DNA of 64,000 bases from Lepidodermella squamata (GCA_047495785.1 JBLDXI010000066.1:711701-775700); one strand, 5' to 3'; numbered from the stretch's first letter, positions 50,005 to 62,108 are shown. Notes: a model not told the origin generated them from the sequence alone. Numbers and translations: made by a program.

Positions 50005-50204
50005 ATAGAGTTCCTACGACTCCACTCTTAGCTTTCCTACAAAAGCCATCTGTGCGTGTAGGGGCCTACATTTTTTTCCTTCTAATAACCGTTTGGCTTA
50101 TAGAAATTTCAAACTATTTATTCAAAACTAAGCTCCCCCCTTTTGGCAACAGCGCAATCCTTACTTTAGAAAAGATAGATAAGGATAACATAACAAATGC
50201 TTAG
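50001..50204 (+). CDS. Small single-TM protein overlapping both neighbours
   Basis: ATGA overlap with the integrase stop; VGAYIFFLLITVWLI. Confidence 0.55.
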   Translation: MNRVPTTPLLAFLQKPSVRVGAYIFFLLITVWLIEISNYLFKTKLPPFGNSAILTLEKIDKDNITNA

Positions 50205-51417
50205 CATCCAGGAGGACTTCTTTATTTATTTACCCTCGAATGCCTCATATTCTCAACATCCGGCGAATACTCCGTCGGATTATCAAGTTGCTCTCCCTGT
50301 CCCAATTTGCGTACCCGATTGCCGTGCTTATGAAGTAGCCCTACTTGAGGCTACAATTCCTGTTAGGTGGAGTAGCATTGATCGTCATACAGTCTATGTG
50401 CTTGATTGTAACTGGCTGAAATCTTTTAAAAACGACATTATTGCTAATTATTTAACAAATCCTGGCTCTTTGCCACATCGGATGAAAAGTTTCAACAATC
50501 CATGGGAAACTGGCTTTATTAACAAAGTAAATTTCGGAGGTGAATATTTTGCGAATATAACCAAACTAATCGATCACTTTAATGAAAAAATATCCATCTC
50601 AAGTAGTAATGGCTCTATTTTTGCTCATTATGATTCAGTCAACAAAAAAACTAAAATTACCTGTAAATGGCCATATTCTATGTTTATACCTTCAGATTCT
50701 GCTGGCCTCTTAGGTTTTGTGTCTCCAATAGAACAGAATACACCGTCTGGAGTTTTCATTTTTCCCAAGGCCCCAAAAAATGACGAGCCAGAATTTAATG
50801 AAGTTTCCACTTTTGATATAAAGTCAACGTATGCCTTGGCATATGCGTGGAATATGAGCCACCAAATTCGTGAAAATCCACACATTTTATTCAACTCAGT
50901 TGGGATTGTTAGGCTTTCTAGCAGACCAAAACTTAAGGAGGATGCAAATAATGAGACAGCGGCGGTAGAAAATCAAGAAGGCGTAAATTCAGCACAGCAC
51001 TTTGATTTTTCTGAGCAAACAGTAATCACCAAAGATAATGATTTACCGCCTGCCTTTATTTATGCATGCTATGAAGAAAGTGCTACAGCTCAATACAACA
51101 TTCAGTTGAATTATGGCAATAACTCACTGTTCATTTACTGCTCAGTTGCAGCGGATGTTTTTGTTGGAGATTGCCAAGCTAGCCTCCTTCGAATGATAAC
51201 CTATTCTACGATGGCTTCTGCTACGGCAAATTCAGACTTGTCATCACATTTTACAGTGATTTATAACTCGGGCCTATATTTACCTTTAAAAGCCAATTTT
51301 ATAGATTCAATTCAAGTTCAAATCCGCCGCGATAACGGGGCATTGATCGATTTTGTGGATGGTAGCAAAGTTGTATTGCTACTTCATATTCGCCGAAAAA
51401 CCGGAGCCTTATATTAA
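50197..51417 (+). CDS. Minor capsid protein (penton, PX-type)
   Basis: FFIYLPSNAS..NTPSDYQVALP..YEVALLE and LFIYCS..VGD..LLR..YLPL..IQVQIRRDNG..LLLHIRR. Confidence 0.85.
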   Translation: MLSIQEDFFIYLPSNASYSQHPANTPSDYQVALPVPICVPDCRAYEVALLEATIPVRWSSIDRHTVYVLDCNWLKSFKNDIIANYLTNPGSLPHRMKSFNNPWETGFINKVNFGGEYFANITKLIDHFNEKISISSSNGSIFAHYDSVNKKTKITCKWPYSMFIPSDSAGLLGFVSPIEQNTPSGVFIFPKAPKNDEPEFNEVSTFDIKSTYALAYAWNMSHQIRENPHILFNSVGIVRLSSRPKLKEDANNETAAVENQEGVNSAQHFDFSEQTVITKDNDLPPAFIYACYEESATAQYNIQLNYGNNSLFIYCSVAADVFVGDCQASLLRMITYSTMASATANSDLSSHFTVIYNSGLYLPLKANFIDSIQVQIRRDNGALIDFVDGSKVVLLLHIRRKTGALY

Positions 51418-51455
51418 TATAAGTGGCTGAGTTCTAATTATTAATATTACCGAAG

Positions 51456-51998
51456 ATGCCCCTAGCTTATTCTAACCAAAACGTTGACAAGTACCAGCAG
51501 TTTTTTCTCCGCCAACACTCCTCCCCGCTGATAGCAGGCTATGGAGCTGGAGCGGGTGCTAACCTGGACCATTTCCGTGGGGCAACAATTCAATTTCCAT
51601 ATCATTATAGGGGTCAGGGAATAGGAAATATATTAGGTGCCTTTTTCAGAAATTTCTTCCCAGTAATTGCTCCGTCTATTTTTCAACAAGCATTATCTAC
51701 TGGCCAAAAAATATTAGGTGATATGCAACAACCTGAGGGCGCTAGACCTAGTTTTACCGAATCCCTTAAGCGTCATGGCACTTCAGGCGCCTTAAACATG
51801 GCTAAGGATATTGCTGAAACGGCTTTGAAGCAACATCAAGGCGGTGGAGGTGGCCGTAAAAGGCGCCGTCGTCGTGGCCCTAGTAAAACTAGTAGTGTGA
51901 CTGCAAAACGTAGGCGCCGTGCTTCTACTACAAAAAGAAAGGCTTATAAAAGGAAAAGACGCGCAACAACTAAATCAGTGCTATTTGAAGCGTCTTGA
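51456..51998 (+). CDS. Conserved Maverick small basic (core-like) protein
   Basis: RGQGIGNILGAFFRNFFPVI amphipathic motif; GGGGGRKRRRRR Arg/Lys-rich tail. Confidence 0.7.
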   Translation: MPLAYSNQNVDKYQQFFLRQHSSPLIAGYGAGAGANLDHFRGATIQFPYHYRGQGIGNILGAFFRNFFPVIAPSIFQQALSTGQKILGDMQQPEGARPSFTESLKRHGTSGALNMAKDIAETALKQHQGGGGGRKRRRRRGPSKTSSVTAKRRRRASTTKRKAYKRKRRATTKSVLFEAS

Positions 51999-52031
51999 GC
52001 CCATTGCTGCGTTTGATTCTTCAAATTTGTA

Positions 52032-53522
52032 ATGGAAGGCTTTGGAGATAATTTTGTTCACCCAGCCTCAGCCTCTTCAATAGTATTATCTTCAGATTTA
52101 GATTTATTTACTGTACCGCCTTCACAGCTTGCTGAAGAAAACCAAATAAGTATAGATGTTTACCCAATTGCCCCTCTTAATAGTTCACCGAACCTGATTG
52201 AGTTTCAAATCGGCCCGTACAATGATTATTTGTGTCTGTCACGCATGCAACTGATGCTCAAGTGGAAAGTAGTTAGAACCCCTTCTGAAGCTCGGAAGAA
52301 AAATGCTGGCGAAGCTGACGATGCATACAACGAGTATAAGGCTAGTCTTTCGGCTACAAATTTACAAAAAGCCCCGCTTTGTTTAGCCCACCACACAATG
52401 TTCAAAACATGCGAGATTTCACTAAATGGGCAACTTTTAAGTGAACAAAATTCATTATACGCTTATCGGGCCTATATTTCAACGCTTTTGTCTCATAATA
52501 CTGATGCAAAAAACACGATATTACAGACACAATTTTGGTATCCTGATACAGCTAAAAAACTGGATAATTTTGACAATTCAAACGAGGGATTTAAAAAACG
52601 GTTGGAAATTGTTCAGGGCGGGAAATCTGTGTGCACCCTGGGACGCCTGTTTGCAGATCCTATGCTGTGTAATAGGCTACTTCTACCTAATGTTGAAGTC
52701 CGCATCAAGCTCTATAGGGCATCTAACAATTTTGCTTTGGTTGGGCCGAGCACAGCTGATCCTCACTCAATCGTCATTGAATCTGCAAAAATTATTGCCC
52801 GGGCTGTTGTTGTGTCGCCGGACATAGTGATTGCTCATACGCGTGCGCTGGAAAAAACTAACGCCAAATATCCTATAATGAGAGTTCGAACAAGGCTTTT
52901 TCACATACCAAGTAGTGTTTTGAGTTACAGTGTAAGTTTGCTCATCGCGCGTTTCTAAGTCAATTTTTAAAACTCTAATGGTTTAACAGATACCACAATG
53001 TATTAATGGTAAGCTTCCAAGGCGTATGTTTTTCTGTTTTTTTGAAGATTCCGCCCTGAATGGAACGGCGGGTAAAAATCCATTGAATGCATTACACAGC
53101 CAGCTATCCCGAATATCGATTTATTTGGGCAATGAACTACATCACTCAACAGCTCCCTTGGAAATGGATTTTGCAAATGGAGATGTCACCAGAGTCTATT
53201 TGGAGCTTCTCAATGCTATCAACCCAGATAACCCTTTCAAGGCATCTACGTTAACTATGGATCAGTTTATTAATGGCTTCACAATTTTTGGTTTCGATTT
53301 ATCGCGCAACTCCTCGTTGCAAAATTACTCAGTTATACGCACAGGTACCTGCAGAGTAGAGTTGAGTTTTGCTGTTCAAACAACAATTGTTACTCAGCTG
53401 TTAGTATTAACTGAAACTGATTCAGTTTTTGAGGTATCATCTTTTTTCATAAAATTAAAATTGCCTTAAAATTCAAATTTTTTAAGATCACACGAACGCG
53501 TGACGTAATTGTTGATTCTTAA
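52032..53522 (+). CDS. Major capsid protein (double jelly-roll, PY-type), 459 aa; introns 52932-52989 and 53434-53486
   Basis: SDLDLFTVPPSQ, YAYRAYISTLL; spliced SYS|IPQCINGKLPRRMFF and SVFE|ITRTRDVIVDS*. Confidence 0.9.
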
Positions 53523-53532
53523 GCAGTTTTTC

Positions 53533-54096
53533 ATGTACAACAATGAATTGGAAGATTTCATCCGGATTGATCCAGTACTAAAAAAGTTTGACATTTTTGT
53601 TGTAGCCGCTGATCAGCTACCACAGCAGCTTCCTATTGTGAAAAATAATCCACAATTGATTATCTGTAACACAGGAAATGTATACAATTCTACAGGAAAG
53701 CACTGGGTCACACTGTTTGTTCACAGCGCACAGCATCCTGATGAGCCCTGTGAGTTTTTCGATAGCCTTAACCTTTCCCCTTCCTATCATAACCTCTATA
53801 TCGACAACTTTTTGAAAGCGAATAGCCAAACAGAAGTGCCGTACATTCATTGCAATAGGTCTTACCAGCATGTTTTTTCACAAATCTGCGGCTTATGGGC
53901 TCTATATTACAGCATGCTTCGAGCGCGAGGTAAAGACATGCACCAAATTTTGAGGCATTTTGATCAGCTTGGATCAAAGAACAATTTGCTTATAAAAGAC
54001 TGTGTACTTTATCATAAATTTAATACATTATATTCCCACTATGGTCTATCTATGAGACCACTTGAAAGAATAAAACCCTGTAACGTTAGATTATAA
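53533..54096 (+). CDS. Adenain-like cysteine maturation protease
   Basis: IICNT, GKHWV, EFFDS, YQ..SQICGLWALYY (His/Asp/Gln/Cys). Confidence 0.9.
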   Translation: MYNNELEDFIRIDPVLKKFDIFVVAADQLPQQLPIVKNNPQLIICNTGNVYNSTGKHWVTLFVHSAQHPDEPCEFFDSLNLSPSYHNLYIDNFLKANSQTEVPYIHCNRSYQHVFSQICGLWALYYSMLRARGKDMHQILRHFDQLGSKNNLLIKDCVLYHKFNTLYSHYGLSMRPLERIKPCNVRL

Positions 54097-54099
54097 AGG

Positions 54100-54943
54100 A
54101 TGAGTGATTTGCGCTGCTGCCCTGGCAACATAAATGAAGCTTTGCCTTTTGTTCACCCTAGCACAATTCTCATTGTTGGGCCGTAAGTGACGATGGAAAT
54201 AAAAGTCAATATATTTTAGTGTAATTTACTCATCTTCAGGTCGGGGAGCGGTAAAACAAGTCTGGTGCTTCAAATCCTACAGGATGCATTCAGTTTTGAA
54301 CTTCCTTTTGAGAGAATTGTCTATTTTTATTCTACTTTCCAACCCATTTACAATGACATAGCCGATGCTGCATTGCAAGTTCACAAAATTAAAGTTGAAT
54401 TCGTAAATTTAGCAGACACAAAAAACAGCAGTAGCGATAGCTTCAGCTTAAAAAATTATATCAACGACAATAACGAGACGCAGCCCCGCTGTTGCCTAGT
54501 ATTTGATGACGTGTATCGCCTATTAACTGAAGACGAAACACTGGTACAGCTTTTTTTAGGAGGGCGGCACTTGAATACGACAACCATTCTCCTTCAACAA
54601 GTTTTGTTTACTCGAGCAAAAAATAGCAGGGAAATTCTGGTTTGCCTCAGAAAATTATTGTTTTTTCTTCTATGTATTTTCTATTCTATAGCAAAATGCA
54701 AACTATTTATTCTATTTTCGCTGCATTTCCGACTCTGCAAGCTTTAGATCATATGCACAACGGCGTTCCCCAATGGGCTGGCGAGGCCTTCTTGAAGCGT
54801 TGAACCAAGCAACTGCTGAATCATCTCACACGCCACTGCTACTGGATAATTGTGCAACTACTCCGGATAATCTCCGCATTCGTTCGAGCAATGGCTTCGG
54901 TAGTAAACCTGGTTACGCTTACATTTTAGTCTCAAAGAAATGA
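54100..54943 (+). CDS. FtsK/A32-like packaging ATPase; introns 54183-54239 and 54640-54691
   Basis: Spliced Walker A IVGP|SGSGKT, Walker B LVFDD, GRHLNTT..LQQ, REIL|QNANYLFYF, TPDNLRIR. Confidence 0.9.
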
Positions 54944-54994
54944 TGATATGTACTATTATAAAAGGATTCATTGCCGCCCAATTTTCGTCGTTAA

Positions 54995-55408
54995 ATGAAT
55001 AAAGTTATTACCTCAGCAACGTCACCATCGTTCAGTCTTGATAAAAAACGGCGGCTTTTTCTTGCATTGAAATGGTTATTGCATGCTCACCCCGGTCAGC
55101 GTGCTGATATTTTAGCAACTAGCTCTGTTAGCCTTATACGATTTCTTAGCCGTTGCGCCTTGTATTGGCTTCGCAGCACTAGTACTGTTCTGGCCCCTGA
55201 TTTGGCTAAATTGAAACAAAAAGGTGTCAATTTGGTCGAGCACAACCGGCAAGTTTTTATTCGACACTGCCTTAATAGCAACAAGAACAATAGGCGAAAT
55301 AAGGCTTCGAAAGCTTCCTTTTTTGCAGTTTTACCCACTGTATTGAAATCCTTTGCACCCAGGCTAAAGTTTGATTATTCAGAACTCAAGAGGCTTCTTC
55401 GAATCTAA
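54995..55408 (+). CDS. Basic Maverick protein (137 aa)
   Basis: LKWLLHAHPGQRADILATSSVSLIRFLSRCA resembles the small ORF that follows the ATPase in animal Mavericks; TATAAAA at ~54957. Confidence 0.55.
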   Translation: MNKVITSATSPSFSLDKKRRLFLALKWLLHAHPGQRADILATSSVSLIRFLSRCALYWLRSTSTVLAPDLAKLKQKGVNLVEHNRQVFIRHCLNSNKNNRRNKASKASFFAVLPTVLKSFAPRLKFDYSELKRLLRI

Positions 55409-55411
55409 ACT

Positions 55412-56563
55412 ATGCAGCGAAACTATGCACAGCGCATGACTATTGTTCCACTTGCGACACCTGGGCCAACTCCAGCACAACAACAACAACAACAACCAAA
55501 CGCGAGCGACTTGATTGCTGCTAAAACATTGCTGAGCAATCCTCTGCTTTTCAAACTAGTGCAGCTATTACAGTCTTTAGACCGGGATGTGATAAACAAC
55601 GCTAGTAGTAGTGATAATTCAGCCGATTTAGTGCGAAAACGTAACGAACTCATGCATGAGATTATGAATTTGAAGAAGCTGGTAGTTTTACAAGGCAGTA
55701 GCCAGCCGCCAGCCGCTATTCCAATGTCGCCTGCACCAGCAGATCGAGCAGAATCGAGGCCGCGCTCTCCTCCTCCTCCTCCTCCTCCTCCTCCTCCTCC
55801 TCCTCCGCTGCCGCCGCCGCCGCTTCCTTCTGCTTCTTCTCCTCCTCCTCCTCCTCCTCCAAAAAAACAGCAGCAACAACAACTTGCGCGCCAACAACCT
55901 ACTAAATTAACATCTAGTAATTTTGGTCAAGCGGCCGGGCCTAGCTATAACAACTATAACAGAGATTCGGGTATTGGCGGCTTTCAGCAGCAGTTTTCAC
56001 CTAATACAACGCCACGACCTTCAACTGATAATAGCAGCAATTATGAATTTGATGATCTTCAAATGGATTTTCTATTCGCTGCCCCGCAAACATCATCGAC
56101 TTCTAGCGCTGCAGCCACGACCGTCCTCAGCCACGATGATGTTGTTGTTGATCGGCCTAATGATGAGCAGCTGCCTACGAGAGGAGGGACCCCCCGCGCG
56201 CGCACCCCCCAGGCCCCTCGAGACAGCAACACAACAGCAGGGTCGTCTTCGTTTAGCGGCGATGAGGACAGCAGCGGCAGCAATAGTGAAGAGCTGCAAG
56301 ATGGTGCTGATAATGATGATAATCAAGCAGAAAGACAAGAAGAAGCCGCTGCCGCTGAACCGATGGAAATTGAGCTAGCTGGAGCAGCAACTGCAGCGGC
56401 AACGCCACGGAAGGGTCAAAAGCGCGGTAGAAAGCCACGTTCTATGACTGATCAAACACAAATATCACCACCTGGAAAACTTTTCCGAAGAACGTCACAG
56501 CGTAAGATAAATAAAATCAACAAGTTTCAAGCTGGCACAGGGTTTTGGAGTTTATTCATGTAA
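55412..56563 (+). CDS. Pro/Gln-rich, largely disordered Maverick protein (383 aa)
   Basis: MQRNYAQRMTIVP start, (CCT)n poly-Pro at ~55768-55860, acidic region, NLS-like RKGQKRGRKPR. Confidence 0.6.
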   Translation: MQRNYAQRMTIVPLATPGPTPAQQQQQQPNASDLIAAKTLLSNPLLFKLVQLLQSLDRDVINNASSSDNSADLVRKRNELMHEIMNLKKLVVLQGSSQPPAAIPMSPAPADRAESRPRSPPPPPPPPPPPPPLPPPPLPSASSPPPPPPPKKQQQQQLARQQPTKLTSSNFGQAAGPSYNNYNRDSGIGGFQQQFSPNTTPRPSTDNSSNYEFDDLQMDFLFAAPQTSSTSSAAATTVLSHDDVVVDRPNDEQLPTRGGTPRARTPQAPRDSNTTAGSSSFSGDEDSSGSNSEELQDGADNDDNQAERQEEAAAAEPMEIELAGAATAAATPRKGQKRGRKPRSMTDQTQISPPGKLFRRTSQRKINKINKFQAGTGFWSLFM

Positions 56564-56570
56564 TAATCGA

Positions 56571-59500
56571 TCATTGATCAGCGCTATATCCATGTGGATA
56601 AGTTAGAAAGGAAGCATCGCCGGGGCGTAGCCAACGTTTATCATAGGTTAAACGAATCTTTTTTGTTATATGAACACAATGAATTTCCGATAACGGAGTA
56701 TGCACTTTTTTAAACTGAGTCTGATCCAATTCAGCGATGACGCTGTTTTTGTTGTTATCACCCCGGCCCCCGCTTCCGCTGGTTTCGTTATCGTGGAGAC
56801 TTTGTATTACATGCTTGATGAACAAGAAAAAATCGAGAAGACTGCGTGAATGAAAACTTTGACGTATTCCCTGCGCGTGACGTAAATAATAAAAAACAGA
56901 GGGCGTAACAACAAGTAGCAATTACCTTTAACATTAGCTTGGCTTTGCCGTCAGCAAAAAGTAGGGCATATGCCTTACAGCCCAGTACAACCATTGCAAT
57001 GATGCGTTGCCCTGTATCAAGCTGATCCGCCAAGCCGCCAAGAACGGGTGTGAACTCAATTTTAGTAATTCCAGGCCCTTGAAGGCAAAAAATTGAATCC
57101 GTGTCTAAAACAAAAGACAAAAAACGTAGAGATGTTGGTAGCATAAGCGGCGCTATTCTCTAACCGCTGTAGATAGCACTTTTTGGGCCGACTCGGTACA
57201 GCTCACGAGCCAGTTTCACACGAGCATTAGCTGTTACGAAGGCCGCTGTTATAACTGAGGTGGATCCATTTGGAACGTCGGCATCTTTGGTTGGCCGTGT
57301 TACAATTCGCAAGCGAGAGACATCATCAGAGTTGATGAGTAAGCCTAGTGGTTGAATATCCACAATTTCCAAAGCTGGATTATTTAGCATTTGCTGAAGC
57401 AGAAACGGGGATTTGATATAATCTGTTCTCTCTAGATTAGAATTCATAGCAAATCGACCAAAAAAGCTGTTCAAAACTAATTTGGCGATCGCGCGTAACC
57501 CAGGGTTCTTTTTATCCAACTTGGTGCTATCAATCGTTATACCAATGCGTTCCCATTGCTCCAAATACTGTGCTTTTTGTTCACTAGTAGCACAGTTTGG
57601 CGGCCAGCCGGAGGATTCGGCCTTCAAAATGGTGAATCTTTTAATGAAATCTCTGAAAATTGTATTGCTCTTCTTGAACTCCCATATCTAAAAAAAATAA
57701 CTTGATAGAAGCCATGCATGAGTTGGCTAAACAAAATTATTAACCTCGTAGACTTCCAGCAATCTGTAGCCATGAACATCTGTAGCGTACTTCAGTTCCA
57801 CAGAGCAATACGAACCAATCCAGGACCTTTCATAATCAGAATGGGTGCATTCACGGCTTGAAACGCACAAGTTTGGATTTGCAGTCGACGAACAAGCATA
57901 GCAACATGAGAACACGAGCTTGTTTTGTTTACTACGAAAGCAGAGTACAGGTAGCCAGATGTTTTTCGGCGCTAATACCTAGCAAAATAATGTGGTGATG
58001 ATGAAAGCAGGGAGACGATATGTAGATGCGAAGAGCTTACGCGTGCTTGTACGACACCAAAAAAAGATTCCTTTGAATAAATCTCCTGCAGTTTCTCGTT
58101 GTTTAATCTGAGATCCAAGGTGGATACTTTAGGTGGTCCTATTGCATAGTAGCCATCCATCATACAGCTTGGATATAACGAGTTGAAGTCGGCGGAAATT
58201 ATAGAATAATCGGGCGATGGAAATAAGAAGTCCTTGGTTTGCATCCCGCTTTCCTTACAAATTTGAGCAATCTTTTCCAAATTTTGGTCGCCTGAAGTTG
58301 AGTGTGATTCGGCAATCATAGCCATTAAACGAAAAGCTTCGACCCGCCCTAAAAAGTAGGCATGATGTTTTAATCCCGCGAAGATTAAATAGGGAAAACC
58401 TCCAGTTACCTCCAAAGAAAAACGAACGGCTCTCCATTACATTAGCTATTGTGAGATTATCATAAATCTCCTGTGCTCTCGGGTGTTGTTTGAAACTAGC
58501 TCTAATTTCATGCTCCCAAAAGCTTTGAAGAATGTAACCATTCGAGCGAAACAACTCTTCACGTTCCAAGGTTTGCTTGTAAACTACGCCGTTTGGTTGT
58601 CCAGATAGAAAATTTAGTTGTGAGGCCTCAAAGCATTGCAAGCAGCCATGGACAGCACAACCATGAACCTCGACAATCAGATCGGGTTCACTCGGAATTT
58701 TATCACGACGTGCAACAAAACCGTCGACGCGATAAGGATAACGGTGGCCAGGTATAGATATTCGAACTTCTTGACGTGAGTTCTGAGCGTGTTTCATTGA
58801 ACCATAAGTTTCAGGGTCAGACTCCATCAGAAATTGAAGAAAAGCTATCGAGAGCCTGCTGTGTGAATCCTTGCCACAGTAGCCAGCGGTCGGGATGACA
58901 GGTAATGTATCCTTCGTAAGAAACAGCTTGCGGAAGCATGTGCTTGTGAGAGAAGCTAGTGTGATGCATTCTTTAAAGGCATCAGTAGAACACAACTCCA
59001 GCATTAGCGCCCGAAATTTGATTGACGCCTTTTCCAAAACTAGACAATCCTGTATGCAGTATTGCAGTAACGTGTGGCGAACACTGAACCGTTTCAGTTT
59101 GTTTTCGTTGTAGAAAGTTAGAAATTCTGCTCTTTCAGAAGGAGACATTTTGTCAGGCTCATAGTAGATCATATTAGGCAGCTGTGGGAATTCGAGATTG
59201 AAACTCGAAGGATTACAGCGAATTCAATCACAATAGCTCAAGAAGTTGATGATGTACTTACTTTTCTTTAGTGCATAAGACGTAAGGAAAGAAGGTTTTC
59301 TTGTCTGGGATTCCCATTGTTGCTGGTAAATCCCTGTTGTTGAACAAATACCTGTAAGCAATGTAGTTTCTTAGTGTTTCTTAGGTAACCTACCTTAATC
59401 TGCATTGAAAAAAGAGATATGAATCCAAAAATCTGATTTTTTGTTGTTTGAAATCAATGCATAGTAGAGATCCCTGCCTTTGAAGAATCTTCACTTTAGA

Positions 59501-61427
59501 ACATCGTGTTTGAATTTCTTTCAGTAATAATAAGGAATCGAAATTGGCTGAGTTGTGAGCCAAATAAATCGACTGGTAATTCATAGGTAGAAGCACCCAG
59601 TTTACGAAATCCTCCAGAGGACGACTTCCATAAAAAATATGAAGTCCACAACTAGAATGGCATCGCTGAATCCTCGCTTCGATGCAGTGAGGTATGCATA
59701 CGACCTTTGCAACGATAAGGCATACTTGGAACTCATTGTTGTTATCAGCAAGTGATGGCGAAAATGTCTCAGTGTCCCAAAAAACTAGGTTACGATAACG
59801 TTCCAGTTTATTCGCCGGTTTCAAGGGCTAAAAATACACCAACCACAGTATTTTGAAAAAAGCTGGACTGAAAAAAATGAGTATACCAAGGGAGTCATGA
59901 AGCAGAAGTGTGTGCCATTTTCTTCGTCGCTGGCTTTCAAAGGCTCCTGACAAATGTGACAGCGCCGCCCGGGACACATAGCCTCATGCTTGAGAAAATG
60001 TACAAATTTCCTCCCGCATTTAAAGCATGGATTCTTTTTAGCACATTTGTGGTTTTGCTTACAACGTTCGCTATACAAAACTAAAAACATAAAAAGAGCT
60101 GAATAATAATGAAAAGGTTAAAAACATCAGACCTGCACGACATTGCGGACACCGCGTGTAGTTTTGTTGGTCTGTGTTGGAAATCACACGGCAAATGCTC
60201 CCTGATACACCTAAAATAATATTAATGATAAAAGAAGTGAAATTCAGGTTTTTCATGTAAAAATTACGGCAGGAAGAGCATGCCAACTTGCATCTGTGCA
60301 CAGCCGTACTCGTTTTCGTCTGAAAGCAAGTGGGGCATATTCGTTGTGCATTGCTAAGAGTGGCCTTCATAAAGTTGAGATTCGCAATGACATGAAAATG
60401 ATGACTGTTGGGCTGAGAGACGTCGTTGCGATAAACCAGTAGAACAACAGGAAGCAACCCAAGGCTTACGCGATGATCAAATTCTGGGATTTCCCTAATA
60501 ACATCCTGTGATTCGTACGAGTATACTACGAATCTGTAAGTATTATGTTCAGGATCGATAGCCGAACACAGGGCTGAGTAATGATCATCTAGATTGTAGG
60601 CTGGAAGGTTGAGAGGTAAGCCCGCTTTCTGATATAGCGCCGTGGCTTCGCGAAATTGACGATTGGTTCGCGTACTACGTATCGATTTGAAGGTTGCTTG
60701 AAGAGATGGATCCGTAGGATTCGCCTTCATGTGAGCCAAAGCCACTCCAGTGATGAGAGCTCTGCCCATGCAAAGATTGTTCGTTTCATTCTTGCGCGCT
60801 CCGATTCTAACGATCGATTTGGAGCGAAGAAAAAATTTGTCCAAAGTTTCGTTTATAGCCCGCTCTGCCCGAGAACCACCAACAATTTGACCTAGATCTG
60901 CATTGGGGTTATCAATGACACAGAGACGAATTGTCCACCGACCAGCAAATGAGAGTTCTTCATTACTCTGTAATATTTTTCTCAGTTGATCAAAAATTGA
61001 AATTTCCAGCAACCGATCGCGTTTCATGAAGGGTAGGCTAAGAGGCATCTTCAAGTCGGGGTGGTACAGTGTTAGCCGGCAGAAGGAATTCACAGGTAAA
61101 TCACGATGGATATTTACAACAATATCGAACAGGAAGTTGGCCAGAATATTGAAGCGGGTCTCCAAATCAAATATTAGCCACCTGGTCGGCTGGTACGTTC
61201 TGCACAAATGATCGAATATTATCCAGTCGAGGTTCATCAGCGCCACCAGACAATTGAATCATCGGCCCAAGCGAACTAGAAGATTGGCCATATCTGTTGA
61301 TGTAGGTTGAGGCAAAGTCGGATGTTACGGGCTGAATGAAGTACTCCACAGAAAACATTTTGAATTTTGTAGAATGAATCAGGCGATTACTTCGAATAAA
61401 TGAGTATTGTAAACTATAGTTATCCAT
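56571..61427 (-). CDS. pPolB: Protein-primed family B DNA polymerase with 10 introns and one 1-nt frameshift near 61169
   Basis: Introns 60211-60267, 60081-60132, 59828-59886, 59334-59393, 59204-59261, 58349-58409, 57979-58040, 57688-57744, 57105-57164, 56871-56925 restore WDTET, AHNSANFD, FLDSY, YCIQDC, FFG|GRVE, DFNSLYPS, KLVLNSFFGRF, YS|DTDS, KAYA, K|GI, YDKR. Confidence 0.92.
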
Positions 61428-61544
61428 AACAATCTAAGATTAAAAATTTAAAATTGATCGAATTTGGGAAGAGGTAAAACTTTATTACAAGGATAGATTG
61501 AAATAAATATTCAGTAAGTCATTTTAGTCAAGTTTTGTGTTAGC

Positions 61545-62066
61545 TTATTCATTGGCTGTTTCAATCATCGCTGCAACAGTTAACACCCCAGTTGCAAGGT
61601 CTTGAAACTGAGCTGCATCAAGAGAGACTCCTTGTCTTGAGGGTTGTTTATTTCCTAAAAAGTTAAATCATAAAAAGATTGCTATTACTGTAAATTTGAA
61701 GTAAATACCTTTAGCATCCAGATAAAACCTGCGTATATCTATAAGAATCGGTGAAAATGATGGCACAAAGACACAGACTTCAATTTTGCATTCATGCATC
61801 GAAAATTTAAAGCCTGTGTTGTGAGATAGCAGGGCAAGTTGAGCCTGAGCAACCCAAGCATCATTCGGCGGTCGAAAATAAGGAACGAACTGGCTAAGAA
61901 ATTCGTCTTGTCTAAAGGCGAGTTTTTTAGGCTTATCGTTCTTATCTTTGCGATCAGTCATTATGTAGATGAGATTAGAATCCTGAGGATGCTGTTGAAT
62001 GACCAAGTTACTAGACATGTGATGATTGACTGTCTGGTTAGCAGATTCTACTATCGCCTCAGCCAT
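61545..62066 (-). CDS. PC4/Sub1-domain protein; intron 61655-61708
   Basis: Spliced ILIDIRRFYLDAK|GNKQPSRQGVSLDAAQFQDL matches the PC4 pattern IDIRxYY..PxKKGISL..Q(W/F). Confidence 0.8.
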
Positions 62067-62108
62067 GATTATTGAAAATTAAATCTAATGAAATAAGAAT
62101 GTAAAACT

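Noticed and set aside
55688-55897. Poly-Arg protamine-like ORF on the minus strand
   Set aside because: Antisense of the (CCT)n poly-Pro tract
56571-61246. pPolB fragments as a decayed pseudogene or separate genes
   Set aside because: All breaks except one indel are explained by 52-62 bp GT-AG introns that restore motifs
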